Positions 1-13,418 of a stretch of DNA of 64,000 nucleotides are shown here, piece after piece. The DNA is from Salpingoeca rosetta (taxonomy: Eukaryota > Protista > Choanoflagellata): the NCBI GenBank assembly GCA_033442325.1, contig JAWQFM010000003.1:1718226-1782225 (forward strand), written 5' to 3'. Position 1 is the first letter of the stretch. Every line of letters starts with the position of its first letter. Under the pieces are notes generated by a model. That model searched no databases. It was not told where the DNA came from and worked only from the letters and a program-made list of their open reading frames with translations. The translations under genes were made by a program, and so were the position numbers.

Positions 1-108
1 CACCACCACCACCACCACCACCACCACACACACACACACACACACACACCACCACACACACACACACACAACACACATACACACACACACACACAAGGCC
101 GTGCTTAC

Positions 109-1430
109 CTGTGCAGTGGGTGTCCTGTGTCGATGTGTGTAAGCACAATCACATCTCCGTGTTGCAAGTATCGTACGTTTGCATCACCATCATCATCGCC
201 ATCGTCATCGCCGTTGTCGTCATACTCATTGTCGAACGTGAGCGTGCTGTTGAGGATGGTGACACGCCACAGGTTGTTCCGATCGTTTGCATGCGGATAG
301 CACGTCACCTGCAGCCCATGGCGACGTGAGTAAGAGGACGTTGCCCGAGCACACAACTTGCAATCACAAACCAGACAGACAGACAGGCAGACAGGGAGAC
401 AAAGAGAAGGACAGACAGACAGACAGACACACACGCACACGCACACACGCACACACACACACACACTGCACTGCAGTCCCACCTGCTGCATCTGGCTCGA
501 GACGAGGTCGCTGCCCTCCTTCGGGTATGGCGGGTAGCGAAACGCATGCGAGTGCAACCAGCACGATGGCGTGTTGTGCGCGTGCCTGTCAGAGCGTTGT
601 GGAGCATAGCAGTAGTCAAAGCAACGTAAGGTGTCACGTCAGCTACAGCTACATTGCACCAGTTCGCGAGTAAGCAAGCCCTAGTATGCAGCGTGCAAAG
701 GTGTTCTCCTGTGCGCACACGTATGTGTGTGTATGTGTGTGTATGTGTGTGTGTGTGTGCGCGTTCAATTGTGTGCAAAGTGCGTGTTCTCAATGCGCGG
801 ACCTGAGACTGATGATGGATTCGTGTGCCACATCGCGGGGAACAGAGACAACGAGCGGCTGTCGGTCTCCAGCGAGCGTCGACCGGAACTCGCTGCTCAT
901 AAACCCGGCGCCTGCACACGCAACACCAGTGGTGACGACGATGATAGTGACGACGATGGTGATGGTGATGGTGACGACAATAGTGATTCTGCGCACTGGC
1001 GCTTGCACACCACTCGCAGACAGACGGACAAACAGACAGACAGCTGTTTCGTACAACGCAAATGGGAGAGAAGGTAGGGCATGACGCCAGCAAGAGTGTT
1101 GTCGTGTGTGGCTGTGCGGGTGAACAAACGTCGCCTCACCTGGTCCCGTGTTGGGCAGGAGGAAGAAGTGGAGCCAGTAGCATCCAAGGAAGATTGCGAT
1201 AGGGAGTGCAATCAGCACCACCACGCGTGCGAGCACGTGGTAGGCCATGGTTGACAGTGGTTCACGCGCGCCCCAGAGATCCCACAGGTCGCGTGCAGTG
1301 ATGCAACCGACGGTGGCGAATGTGAAGAGGCCAACGAGCTTGACACTGCACACGGCGCCAAGACTCGCGCCCAGCAACAGCAGCCAGCACCACCACCGCC
1401 GCGAAAACGGAGCAGTCCTGACACGTGCCG

Positions 1431-1492
<62 letters not shown>

Positions 1493-3071
1493 CAAATGAG
1501 GCCAAGGGTGCGTGAGCAGTGAGTGAGATGTGGGCAAGCACTCACAGCAGCACGTAACAGCACGCGTCCACACAGACACACAGACACACACAGACACAGA
1601 CAGACACACTCACACAGACACAAACAGACAGCCACTGACCGTGTTGTGTTGCGGACGTGAATGGCGCACAGAAGAGAAAATGCGCAGAAGAAGACGAGCT
1701 GGGCGTCCAAGACGATGATGCGCGAGACAATCAGCGCTGCAGCGTCAACGGATACGAGCACGCCCGCCAGAACCGCAGCCCGCTCACCGCAGCCAAGCGC
1801 ACGCACAATCTGCAGCGAGGGCCACACAGGCGGTGCGGTGTTGTGTGCCGAGGGCCAGAGATCGAGTTTACACAAGGTTCACAGATCAACAGACACATAC
1901 AGGCAAACGAGGACAGAGACAGGGATAGAGACAGGCACGCATGCGTAGACAATCTACCTGATGGATGGTGGCAACGGTCGCTGTGCCAAAGACGACAGAC
2001 AGCATGCGCAACGCAACAAAGGGAACTGATGCCGGGTATTCTGTCATGATCACAAAGACACAAAGATACACGTGCACGCAAGCACAACACCAACAACAGC
2101 ACATGCACGCACATGCGCACACGTGGGTTGGTGAGCACGGGTGGAGAAGGTGGTGGTGGTATCAACTTGGGAAAGCAACCAGCTCAGGGCCTGACCTGCG
2201 CCGATGGTGTCAAAGTGGAAGGTGCCGTCGAACCCAGACAGCTTGGCTGCTCACGATGAGATGTTGGGATGTGGCACAATTAGTAAGTCCAGGGGCATGA
2301 TACGAAAAAAGCACAATCCAAGACAGCAGCATGGAGCCCTTCACACATCTCTCAAAGGCGCAAGCGAGGCCGCAAGCGAGGCCGCAAGCGAGGCCGCAAG
2401 CGAGGCCAGAGCAATCAAGACGGGCAGCAGCTCGCAGAGCACGACGGCCTTGACTCACCGACAAACGCAAGCAGCAGCTTTGCCAAGGGTGGGTGGACGT
2501 CCAAGAAGTACGTGCCCTGTGTCAAGCAGGGGCATGTGCATGAGTCACACAGCGGGAGCTTGCTTGTGTGCGAGGGCGCAGATGCGCACACTCATGTTTG
2601 CAGGCGTGTATGTACGCACGCCTTGTGGTACCTGGATGTAGTTTGCTGTGAATCCGCCAAAGTGCGTCTCGTCCCACCTGTCACGCAGCCGCAACCAAGT
2701 AGGCGTTCATGTGTGCATGCGAGGGAGGGAGGGTGAATCAATGCCAGAGGTGACATCAGAGCACAGCAGATACCAAGGGCTTCACGCAGTGCCATTGGAG
2801 CGAGCAGCGCGTCCACTCACACGACCGAGGATGGGTGGGAGATGAATGCGAGGCGCAGCAGGAGGGCGATCCCAGTGACCAGCAGCAGACCGCTCCAGCC
2901 GTGCGGCTGCTGCTTCACCGCTGCTACAGTGTCAGCAGCATCCTTACCCTCCTCCTCCTCCACTTGCCGTCTTTGCCGTCTGTGCTCTTCCTCCTTCTCC
3001 ACCTGCTCCTCACCGCCAGGCTCGCCTTCGCCTTTCCTCCGCCTCAACCCTCCCTTCCTGCCGTCCATCAT
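109..3071 (-). CDS. POMT1: Dolichyl-phosphate-mannose:protein O-mannosyltransferase (POMT1/PMT4-like), multi-exon, 3' end runs off the window start
   Basis: Stitched exons: MMDGRKGG...LLLRLAFISHPSSVV; WDETHFGGFTANYIQ (catalytic DE motif, ~2632-2677); VPFVALRMLSVVFG; SRIIVLDAQLVFF; GASLGAVCSVKLVGLF; HFFLLPNTGPG; AGFMSSEFRSTL; MIR domain WLHSHAFRYP...SSQMQQ/VTCYPHANDRNNLWRV...YLQHGDVIVLTHIDTGHPLH. POMT1 versus POMT2 is judged from recalled motifs only. Confidence 0.92.
2359..2407. repeat. 12-bp minisatellite (GCAAGCGAGGCC)x4 in a POMT intron
   Basis: Read directly from the sequence. Confidence 0.85.
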
Positions 3072-3178
3072 CACTGCCGTGAGCTCTTTCTTCCATCCGT
3101 TTCTCCGCGTCAGCCAGCGCACACAAAACCTGCCTACACGTTTTGCTGCTGTTCGTTTGGTCTGCTGCGGCATTGGCG
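3072..3178. promoter_or_regulatory. Putative bidirectional promoter, POMT / TM2D1-like
   Basis: About 107 bp separate the inferred divergent start codons. Confidence 0.55.
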
Positions 3179-3993
3179 ATGATGATGAGGAGGAGGACGA
3201 GGATGTGGAGAGGACATCATGGCGGCAGACAGGGCCGCCAGCGTGCGGGTGCCGCCGCATGCGCCTCGGTCTGTGTGGTGGCGACGACGGTTGTGGTGTT
3301 GGCGTGCTGTATCGTGGAGCTGGCGCCGGTCGAGGCGATTCCGTGCGAGGCGCTGTTCCCGTCCATGTATTGTTGTGTGACACCGGAACAAAACCCAGTC
3401 ACCTTCCAGCCTGTGGGCTGTCGGCGGAACAACACTGTCTTGGTAGACTGCTTTGCACGGCAAGGGGTCGAGTGCGACGGAATCATGGGCACTTCATCAC
3501 CCACTCCCTCCAACAACTCCGTTGTCTGCGATGACCGCTGGTACTCAAGAGACGACGTCGCCTTTCAACAGGTGTGTTTGGTGTGTTTGGTGTGTTTGGT
3601 GTGTTTGGTGTGTGCATGTGTGTGTGTGTGTGCGCGCGCGCATGTACATGTGTGTGTGTGTGTGTGGAAGCGAGTGTAGATATGCGTGTGCTCTCCATCG
3701 GACTCTTGTTCGCTCTTACCAGTGTTCTGCTCAACCTTCTCTCCTTAAAATGATGCCGTCCTCACTCCACCATGACCCCAACCTCCTCCTCTTCCTCCCT
3801 GACTCTGGCAACCTCCGCGATCACGTAGACTCGGGAGTGCTTCTTTGTGGACGAGGACAACATCTATGACCTGGACACGGCGCTTGCACTATCCATATTC
3901 TTTGGCATGTTTGGGCTGGATCGCTTCTATCTGGGATACCCTGCTCTGGGCTTGGCCAAGATGCTTACGCTGGGCGGCTTCTTCGTCGGTCAG
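3179..3993 (+). CDS. TM2D1: TM2 domain-containing protein (TM2D1-like); final exon(s) not located
   Basis: Exon 1 has a hydrophobic signal and Cys-rich ectodomain (IPCEALFPSMYCC...TFQPVGC). Exon 2 reads YDLDTALALSIFFGMFGLDRFYLGYPALGLAKMLTLGGFFVGQ, the TM2 DRFYLG motif. Confidence 0.85.
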
Positions 3994-4001
3994 GTGGGTC
4001 C

Positions 4002-4003
<2 letters not shown>

Positions 4004-4084
<81 letters not shown>

Positions 4085-4097
4085 GTGTGTGTGTGTG

Positions 4098-4156
<59 letters not shown>

Positions 4157-4158
4157 GT
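4004..4158. repeat. (GT)n microsatellite; representative of dozens of intronic (GT)n/(CA)n tracts across the window
   Basis: Read directly; others include 17545-17691, 25626-25739, 38637-38709, 40739-40847 and 58527-58626. Confidence 0.95.
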
Positions 4159-4777
4159 ATCAATGCGCACACCGCTGCAACTGCATGCCGCTGCAATTGC
4201 GCGTCGCTACAGCCACGGCGACGATGACCGTGGCTACCCACCCTCCTTGTTGCACTTTCCATATGTCACCCACATGCTGGCTTCTGTCTTGTCTTGTCTT
4301 GTGTTGTCTTTAATTAACTCGAGTTTGAGAGGCGGGACGAGCGGCGCGAACAACAATGTTACAACCATCGCGCGCGTCCCCCCCCCCCCTCCCTGGTTCT
4401 CACCCACCATTATGTCCCCGCACAGTACAAGAACATGAAGATGAAAACAACAACAGCAGAACGACCAAACGCAAGGAAGCAAAGCTGGTTGGATGAACGA
4501 ATGAACCTCAATAAACACACAGAGGGCACGTATGCTTGTAACAGGAGAGCGAAGGACGCTGAACGCGACATACCGTCACAATTCTCATATGAGCACACGA
4601 CAGTCAAGATCTCTTTCGTGTGCAACTTCCATCAAAGACGCACACACACACAGACACACACACACAGACACACACGCGCACAGACACACACACACACACG
4701 GATACACAGATGCACAGACACACACGGATACACAGATGCACAGACACACACGCACACACAGATACAGACACAAACGG

Positions 4778-6193
4778 TTAGTTGTCGAGGAAGCCATCCT
4801 GGAGGCTGAGGAGGTTCCGCTTGCGGCGGTGCTTGGACCTGCGGTTGACGGCAAAAGCCACAATGGCAATGACCATGGCAAGCAGCACAAGACCCACGGC
4901 AATGCCGATGATGGCCTTGTCATCGAGCGGAACAGAGCCGCTGCTGCTGTTGTTCTGGCCATTGCCGTTGGCGTCGCCGGCAAGGTCGCTGCTCGCAGTG
5001 GTCGAGCTCGCGGCACTGCCATCACCAGTACGGCGGCACGTCTTCTTGCCATCGTCGCCAGACTGCAGAAGGTCGAAACCTTCGGGGCAGTCGAGGAGAC
5101 ACTCTCCTTGGTGCAAGATGAAGGTGTTGCTGGAGCACAGCACACACAGCTGGCTCTCGTCTGTGCCACTTGGCGGCAAGAGGCACTTGGCACAGCCAAA
5201 CGCACACCCGCACGCCTCGTTCGTGTCAATGTTCAGGCCGCCCACACAGGTGGTCCAAGTGTCAGAACCATCGCCCGGTGCGTCGTCATCACCACCGCCT
5301 TGCATGACCTCGTCGTCGTCCGTGCTCACTGGCGCGTCGTCGTCGACCTCACCACCATCGTTGTCGTCGTTGTTGTTCAGCTCGTCCTCCGGCACAACTT
5401 CCGCGGCGTCGGGGCGGCGGCCGTTGTTGAAGAGGTTCCAGAAGTGGGTGTTGAGGGCGTTGACGTACTGGTCCGTGTATGCAAACGAATGCGCAATGAT
5501 GTCTGAGACCTGCAGGGGTCCGCCGAGGCGAAGCTCGGGGAAGGTGCTGCTGCCGTCGTGCGGGATCTCGCGCAGCGCACGCGTGCTGTTGACGTAGATG
5601 CCGACAACCTTGGTGGGTGCGTTGAAGGCGACGGCGATGAAGGTGATGCCGCCCGTGACGCGGATGTTTGTGGTGGTGCGCGTGGCGCCCTCCAGGCCCG
5701 GGATGCACGTGTCGGCGAAGAGGAGCCCGTCCTCGTTGGCGCCGAGGCGGAAGAGGCCCGGGCAGGAGGTGCCGAGCTGGATCTGGGGCGGCTGGCCTGG
5801 CTCGCCCGCCTGGAAACGGGCGATGGCATACACGCTGAGCGGGGCCAGCTCCACGTCCCATGCTTGCATGTCGTCGTAGCTGTTGTAGTTCATGATGGGC
5901 ACAATGTCAAGCGGGTCGGTGCCTGCGGGAATGTTTCCGAGGACGGAAGGGTCAGCCAGGGAGAGGTTGCTGGCAACGGGCATGCCCGTTTCCTCTGCAA
6001 TGTCGGCTGTGCTGAGGTAGCCACCGCTTGGGGTTGCGTGCAGTCGCAGCGCCAGGTTCTCCGGCAGCGGGATGGATGGCCAGTCGTTGTTTTGCACGAT
6101 GGCGTGCGTGGAGACGATGGCGAAGCCAGCAAGCAGCACAGCGATGAGAGGCAACACCATCGTTGCTCTTGATGTGGCTGTCTTGGTGCTCAT
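4778..6193 (-). CDS. Intronless 471-aa type I membrane protein: signal peptide, LamG/concanavalin-like domain, acidic linker, furin-like Cys-rich repeat, TM helix, short tail
   Basis: Uninterrupted ORF with strong C/G-ending codon bias. Signal [20 protein letters not shown]; beta-rich segment ITFIAVAFN...VVGIYVNS...LRLGG...VSDIIAH; CAFGCAKC...CVLC...[16 protein letters not shown]; [25 protein letters not shown] followed by basic RRSKHRRKR. The LamG call is inference. Confidence 0.85.
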   Translation of the reverse strand: MSTKTATSRATMVLPLIAVLLAGFAIVSTHAIVQNNDWPSIPLPENLALRLHATPSGGYLSTADIAEETGMPVASNLSLADPSVLGNIPAGTDPLDIVPIMNYNSYDDMQAWDVELAPLSVYAIARFQAGEPGQPPQIQLGTSCPGLFRLGANEDGLLFADTCIPGLEGATRTTTNIRVTGGITFIAVAFNAPTKVVGIYVNSTRALREIPHDGSSTFPELRLGGPLQVSDIIAHSFAYTDQYVNALNTHFWNLFNNGRRPDAAEVVPEDELNNNDDNDGGEVDDDAPVSTDDDEVMQGGGDDDAPGDGSDTWTTCVGGLNIDTNEACGCAFGCAKCLLPPSGTDESQLCVLCSSNTFILHQGECLLDCPEGFDLLQSGDDGKKTCRRTGDGSAASSTTASSDLAGDANGNGQNNSSSGSVPLDDKAIIGIAVGLVLLAMVIAIVAFAVNRRSKHRRKRNLLSLQDGFLDN

Positions 6194-6695
6194 GTCGGCA
6201 AGAAGAGAGTGTATGTGTGTGTGTATGTGAGCGTGTGTGTGTGGTCGTTGCTGGCTTGCTCTTGGTTGCTTGCTTGTTCTTGCTCTTGCTCTTGGTTGCT
6301 TGGTGTGCACACCCTCAGACTCGTGTCAGGGTGGAGCAAGGTTGCAAGGACGGAGGAGATACACGGAAGTGTGTAAAGGACGGTACGGGGGAAGGCAAAG
6401 GAAATGGTCAACCAATCACACACATAAACAAACCAAAGGCAGCTGGCTGTTGCTGCTGCTATCCCTCACGACATTGCTGCCAGTTCAAACACGTATGTGT
6501 GTGTGAGAGGGGTTGCGTGTGTGTTGGTGTGCGCGGGATGCATTCAAGCAAGCACGGGTTTGGTGGTCGCATGGCAGTGGGTCCTGTCACTGGGCAAATC
6601 CCATTCGTGCCTGCAGGCTTCGCATTCCCTACGTTTATTTGCGCATCGAATCATAACCAAACAAAGGAAATTCTGCCACCCATTTCGATGTCATT

Positions 6696-7960
6696 TCACT
6701 TGCGCTTCTTGTTTTCCTTCTGCTTCTGCGCCTGGTGCTGGTGTCGGTTCTGCTGCTGCTGCGTCTGCTGCTGCTTCTGGGGCTGCTTCTGGGGCTGCTT
6801 CTGTTGTTTGTCTTGGCCATTCGCGCGACGCTGTCGCGGTTGCTGGCCCTGTGCCGCTTCCTTTCCTTGCTCGTCTTGCTCTGCTTCGTCGTCGCCTCCT
6901 TCGCTGTTGTCGTCATCATCGTTTGCGGTGGGAGGGGGCTGGAGGAACAGGCCATCTCCGCGGTAGTCGTACGGCAGCTGCAGGTCCACTTCCTCCACAG
7001 CGGCAATCGGGAACCACCCTCGATGCAAGGGGTACACTGTGCGGATCATTCCATTCTCAACCCGCACCTGCCAGCCCATGCATGTGCAATTGAGTGTGTG
7101 TGTGTGTGTGATATGGTGAGTGAGTGAGTGAGACAGTGAGTGAGTGAGTGAGACAGTGAGTGAGTGAGTGAGTGAGTGAGTGAGTGAGTGAGTGAGTGAG
7201 TGAGTGAGTGAGTGAGTGAGTGAGTGAGTGAGTGAGTGAGTGAGTGAGTGAGTGAGTGAGTGAATGAGTGTAAATTGGGATGGGGAGAAAGGCACGCACT
7301 CAAGCGCTCTGGCAAGCGCACAGACAGACAGCCCGCCAGATGGACACGCACAGATACAGACACAGACACACACACACACACAGATGCACATACCTTTTCG
7401 CCGCAATACCACTTGCCACGCTGTCGCCAAGCGTGCATCAAATCACCAGGCTGCATGCAGCAACAACCAACAGGCATGAGCAACGTACCATCACTTGCAT
7501 GCGTGTGTGTGTGTGTGTATGAAACGTGAACATGACACGGATTCACGGCACGCTCCACTCACAACCAAAGTGGGCAGAGGAAATGTTGCCAAGCCATGCT
7601 GTTCTCCTCTCTCAACCCAACTCTCACTCTCACGAGTGCGCAAACAGACCTGGAGGTCGATGGTGGCCTGTGTCCAGGGGCAGGAGCAGAGAATACGCCA
7701 GCCCATGCGCCACCCTAAACCACACAGTCACGTGTGAAGCGTGGGATCATGTCACAACACGTGCGGGTACAACAAAGAATGCATGGCAAGGATGGAGAAG
7801 GCAGGGTGTTAGCTGGCAGCCAGACACACAGGCAGGCACACAGGCAGACAGACAGAGGCACAATGGCAGAGGCGCAATGGCAGACACACACACACACAAA
7901 CACACACAAACACACACAAACACACACACACACACAAACACACAAACACACACAAACACA

Positions 7961-8047
<87 letters not shown>

Positions 8048-8388
8048 CCCATCGGCCAGGCCGCGTTTTGACTTTGAAGGTGTAGCGGTACTGCGCATGG
8101 GTGCGCTTTTGCCACAGCTGCGCTTGGCTCATGTCATAGTTGGTGCAGCCTGAACGACACCATGCAGCAGGGCACATGCGTCAACAAAGTGGTGGAGAGA
8201 GATGGGACACAACGGCCAACTCCAAAGCAGCACCGCCACAAAGACAACAAGCAGGCTCATGATCGATGGCACATGCATGCGCAGACATAAGCACAGGCGC
8301 ACACGATTGCCCGAACCTTCACGGACGGCCCAGTTGATGCCATCGCGTCGCACTGACTGCCGCATCACCTCCCTGCACACACACACAC

Positions 8389-8473
<85 letters not shown>

Positions 8474-9095
8474 CACTTGAGTGAGGAAAGCAAACCAGCA
8501 AGCACGTAACTGGCGACTCGTTGCTCGCAGTACAGAAGGGCGTTGTGACTGACTGACTGACTGACTGACTGACTGACTGACTGACTGACTTGATATTGTT
8601 GCGCCATCCCAGATCATAGGGGAAGATGAACGGCGTCTTGCTCTTCTTGGTCACCCGCTTCGCCTTGTCGTCAATCCAGCCCTCAATGTCCGTCTTGTTC
8701 CTGCCAAGTGCAAGTGTCGTTGTTGATGGGTTGCATGAGACGCGTGGGACTGGCGGTGTGTAATGTGGATGGAGGTGTGTGGAATGAATGTGGACGGATA
8801 CACGCACATGTGGATGTATGTGTGAACGCATACACATGTGGATGTATGTGCAAGTCGTTGAGACAAAAAGAAACAAAGGCGGCAGCCACTGCACTGGCGC
8901 ACTCACTTGAGGATGCTCTTGATCTGAATGACGGCCAGCATCGCCACAGCCAACGCCACACCTGCGATATGTTGGTTGGTTGTGGGGACGGTTGGGTGTG
9001 GTGACAAGTGTTCATGAAGGGCGAGGATTGGAGGGATTGGAGGGATTGGAGGGGGACAGCTGTTCGGACGGTCAGACACACACAGACACACACAG

Positions 9096-9127
<32 letters not shown>

Positions 9128-9722
9128 ACACACACACACAGACACACACACACACACACAGACACACACACACACACAGACACACACACAGACACACACA
9201 CAGACACACACAGACACACACACACACACACAAACGCAACAGACACACGCGATGTTCATGTTACCGAGCGCAGCAGCACCGCCGCAGATGACAAAAGCAA
9301 AGCGCCCCGCTGTCAGATCGTTCATGCCACAAACGTTGACCATGAAGCACACAGAGGGCAACAAACCAACAGCACCATGTTGTGAGCACACGGAAGGCAG
9401 GGAGCCAAACACAACGATACTTCTTCACCTCACCTCGACCCGCCATCCATTCACACAGGCATGGATGGGCGCAGCACCCACGCACGTGTAAGGCGGTATC
9501 CGAAGTAGCGCGCGTGCTGCACGGAGAACATGGTCTGGTAGTAGCGGATCAGAAACAGAACGCACTTCACAGCACTGTACACACAGCCTGGATGCATCAA
9601 ACACACAGGACTTGCATGAGGGAGCAAGCATCACACAGTGGAGACAAGGCAGCATGACAGTGCGTGTACGTTGAAGGCCATCACAGCAGCCAGACACAGA
9701 TACAGACACAGACACAGACACA

Positions 9723-9765
<43 letters not shown>

Positions 9766-9850
9766 CGATTGGGACGGACGTGACGAAGAGGAGGAAGTAG
9801 ACCTTGTTGTCGTTCCCCACGCAGGAGTTGATCCACTGCAGCGGGTCCAC

Positions 9851-9933
<83 letters not shown>

Positions 9934-10883
9934 GTGTGCACAGTGAACATCAGTCAGCATTGCGAGACGATGACCGTGTCCAGAGCCAGAAGACAGTATC
10001 AGTGGCAGTGAAGAACACGAAGAAGAGTACGAGTTGGACATCGTACCGGGCAGTGGTGGTCGAGGACCTTCACGCAGCGGCCACTGATAGAAGCACCGTG
10101 GGTCATCGAACGCATGGGTGAGTGATCCGTTGCAGACGTGGCAAATGTCAAACTGGCAGCAGCGTGCAAGTCGAGCCACATGCACATGTGCGTGCATGGT
10201 TGGAGACGCACCATTGTCGGCAGTGGTGCGATCGCGGTGCCTTGTAACCCTCGCAGATGTGGCAGTATGTCAGCCGTTCGATATTGGCCTCATCTTTCGG
10301 TCTCTGCAGTGCGCGACGCACGATGTGCAGGGGAGGGACAAGGAAGCGTTGAGTGAGGTGGGTGTATGGTGAGGTGCAGTGGGCGCGGTGGTTGGATTGG
10401 TGAGGTGTAGACACGTCGACACGTTGGCATGCAGCACACAGGCGGGGGGGGGGGAGGACACACAGACACAGACACAGACACACACACGCACAGACACACA
10501 GACACACAGACACAGACACAGACACAGACACAGACACAGACACACACACACGCACAGACACACACACGCACAGACACACAGACACACAGACACAGACACA
10601 CACACACGCACAGACACACACACGCACAGACACACAGACACACAGACACACACGCACACACACACAATACCCATTTCAGTGGCACAAAGCCTGGCCCGAC
10701 GTAGATGGACTTGAAGAAGCTGTACAGCACGACGACCACCGTGGTCACCCACGTCACAAACAAGGCATCGCTCCAGAGCGTGGCCTTGCCAACTTGGTGG
10801 CAGTACGTCGTGGCATAGGCAATCAGCACGATCAGCCCCAACGCCACAAGCGGGCCCCAGCCAAACACGCTCTGCGTCGCCAT
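6696..10883 (-). CDS. ZDHHC6: DHHC palmitoyltransferase with C-terminal SH3-like domain (ZDHHC6-like), multi-exon
   Basis: Exons: MATQSVFGWGPLVALG...GPGFVPLKW; YCHICEGYKAPRSHHCRQ/CGRCVKVLDHHCP/WINSCVGNDN; NKTDIEGWIDDKAK...FIFPYDLGWRNNIK; DGINWAVREG/CTNY; WYCGEK; RGWFP; ends KKRK (KKxx ER-retrieval type). Confidence 0.95.
7116..7269. repeat. (TGAG)n microsatellite in a ZDHHC6 intron
   Basis: Read directly from the sequence. Confidence 0.95.
8547..8590. repeat. (GACT)11 microsatellite starting at a ZDHHC6 5' splice site
   Basis: Minus strand reads AA|GTCAGTCAG... Confidence 0.9.
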
Positions 10884-11047
10884 CCAGCCGTTGTCGTTAT
10901 CTTCGACTTCTTGTTGGTGGTGTATTGGCAACTTCGAAGGATGGGTGGTGATTGGCTTTGTTCTTGAAGAGTTTGTTTGCTCACACCATGCCACACCACA
11001 CACATGCCACGCACACATGTCATGCACATCATCACAGTGGATCTTGG

Positions 11048-12968
11048 CTACAGCGCAGTCACGTCTGGCCTCTGCTCCTCGTTCGGGTTGCTCGCCGTTG
11101 GCGGCGGCGGCGTTCCCCGACGCTGTGAGTGAGTGAGTGAGTGAGTGAGTGAGTGAGTGAGTGAGTGAGTGAGTGAGTGAGTGAGTGAGTGAGTGAGTGA
11201 GTGAGTGAGTGAGTGAGTGAGTGAGTGAGTGAGTGAGTGAGTGAGTGAGTGAGTGAGTGAGTGAGTGAGTGAGTGGGTGAGTGAGTGAGTGAGTGAGTGA
11301 GTGAGTGAGTGAGTGAGTGAGTGAGTGAGTGAATGAATGAGTGAGTGAGTGAGTGAGTGAGTGAGTGAGTGAGTGAGTGAGTGAGTGAGTGAGTGAGTGA
11401 GTGAGTGAGTGAGTGTGTGTGTGTGTATGTGTGCGAGTGAATGAGTGAGTGAGTGAGTGTGTATGTGTTTATGAGTGAGTACTCAAGCCACGGCCAGCGA
11501 TGCAATGCACGGTATTGAGCCAGGTACCACTCCACCCAACACCAAAACAACGGTACCTGCAGCTCTTGCATGTAGTCGACGAGGAGCTGGGCGCGCGTGG
11601 TTGGGTCGTTCTCCAGCAGGTGATACCGCTTGTCGTGCTGGCAGGGCAAGGCAGTGGCGCAGTGATGTATGCGGTCAGCGCACACGCTTGAAACAACCCC
11701 TACCCAGCCATGCAAACAAAGGTGCAGGCAGATGTACAGACAGGCACAAGTAGCGGTACCTCGAGGTAGTCTTGGATCTCCTTCATGTGGGGGCTGTCCA
11801 CCATGTGCTCCTTTACCTTCTCCCAGGACTTGTGCGTGATGCACCTGTACATTATTCACATCAGCCGCAAGCAGACAAGGCGAAGCACGCCGTGAGCACG
11901 CACGCGTGTGCATTCACCGTGACGGACACCGTTGTCTCGCAGTTGAAGGCGTATTACTGTCCGCAGCAACACGCCCGCAACATCACCCACGGCACTCATG
12001 GCGAGCGGGTAGCTGTCACAACAGGGGTCACCGTGCAGAAGCTCACTTTGTTTCCCTGAGAAGGGCCTTGAAGTCCTCAACGAGCCGCTCCTTCCGCTCG
12101 ATGACGTACCTGTTGAATTCGGTCTCAAGCTCCCTGCTCAAGTTGAGAAGAAGGGGAAGGTTAGAGTTGAGGGTCAGAGTGAAGGGGAGACGCGCGCGAG
12201 TCATACACACACACACACACAGACACAGAGGCACAGCGACGCAGACACAAAGACACAGGCACAGACAGAGGCACAGAGACATAGACACAGAGGCACACAC
12301 ATACACACACACACACACAGACATACAGGCACACACGGCAACGCACTCGTGCGAGGAGGAGAAGTTGGTGACGCGCGGATCGCCCTCGATGATGGGGGGC
12401 ACGTCTTCAAACGTGATGTCGTCTCCATACTTCTCAAGCACCGTGTCCAGCGCAGCAGCATACCCGGCCCGCGCACGTGCACGCAGCGCAGCCTGGTGCT
12501 CGTGGAACAGCTGCTGCTTGTCGGCGTCTGAGAGGTGTACCATTGACCACAGTGGGTCGCCCTCCATCGCCGGTACAGCATCCTCCCACGACACCTGACG
12601 CAAGCAAGCAATGCCGGAACAAGGCAGAAAGGGTGCGGTGGGGGTGAGGTGGACACGAGCGCGGCGAGCTCGCATGTTGAATGCAGAAAAAGGTGTGTGT
12701 GTGTGTATGGGCAGGTCTGCATGTTTGGGGTTGTGATGTGTTCGGTACCTGATGTGAGCGGATCTTGTTCGCCAGGAGCGTGTTGAACGTATCACGTCCT
12801 TCACCACTGTGGGCAACACGGCAACACGCACAAGCCAGTCAAGCAAGTGTGAGTGCGTTGGAACGAAGGAGCCACAACGACAGAAAGAGAGGACCACAGG
12901 CAGCAGCAAGAACAACAAGAACAACAAGAACAACAACAACGACGACGACGACAACAACGACGACGACG

Positions 12969-13052
<84 letters not shown>

Positions 13053-13337
13053 GCAACAACAACAAACAAACAACGAGGTAGCCACTTCACTGACCGCTGC
13101 AAGTTGCGGGATGCGCGCTGCATGTCGCGCTCAAGCCGGCGCCGTTCCTCTGCAACAGCCGCCTCGCGTTGCCTGCAGGCAAGAACGAAAGAAAAACGAA
13201 ATGGTGAGATCTGACAGTGGGGGCAGGCTCCGAAGAAAAGAGGTTGAACTCGAGCGACAGCAAAGGGGTTGTCTAGCTGATGGCAGTCGTACTGAATTGC
13301 GGAAACTCCGCCGCTGCCGAGCTTGTCCTGATACTCC

Positions 13338-13418
<81 letters not shown>

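Noticed and set aside
2359-2407. Short direct repeats as a possible CRISPR array
   Set aside because: Contiguous 12-bp units with no spacers and no cas genes, inside a eukaryotic intron.
4532-6172. Long plus-strand ORFs antisense to the intronless membrane protein
   Set aside because: Shadow ORFs caused by GC-rich codon usage; only the minus frame has signal, domain and TM logic.
11125-11459. (TGAG)n as telomeric repeat
   Set aside because: It is not TTAGGG-like and lies inside an intron.
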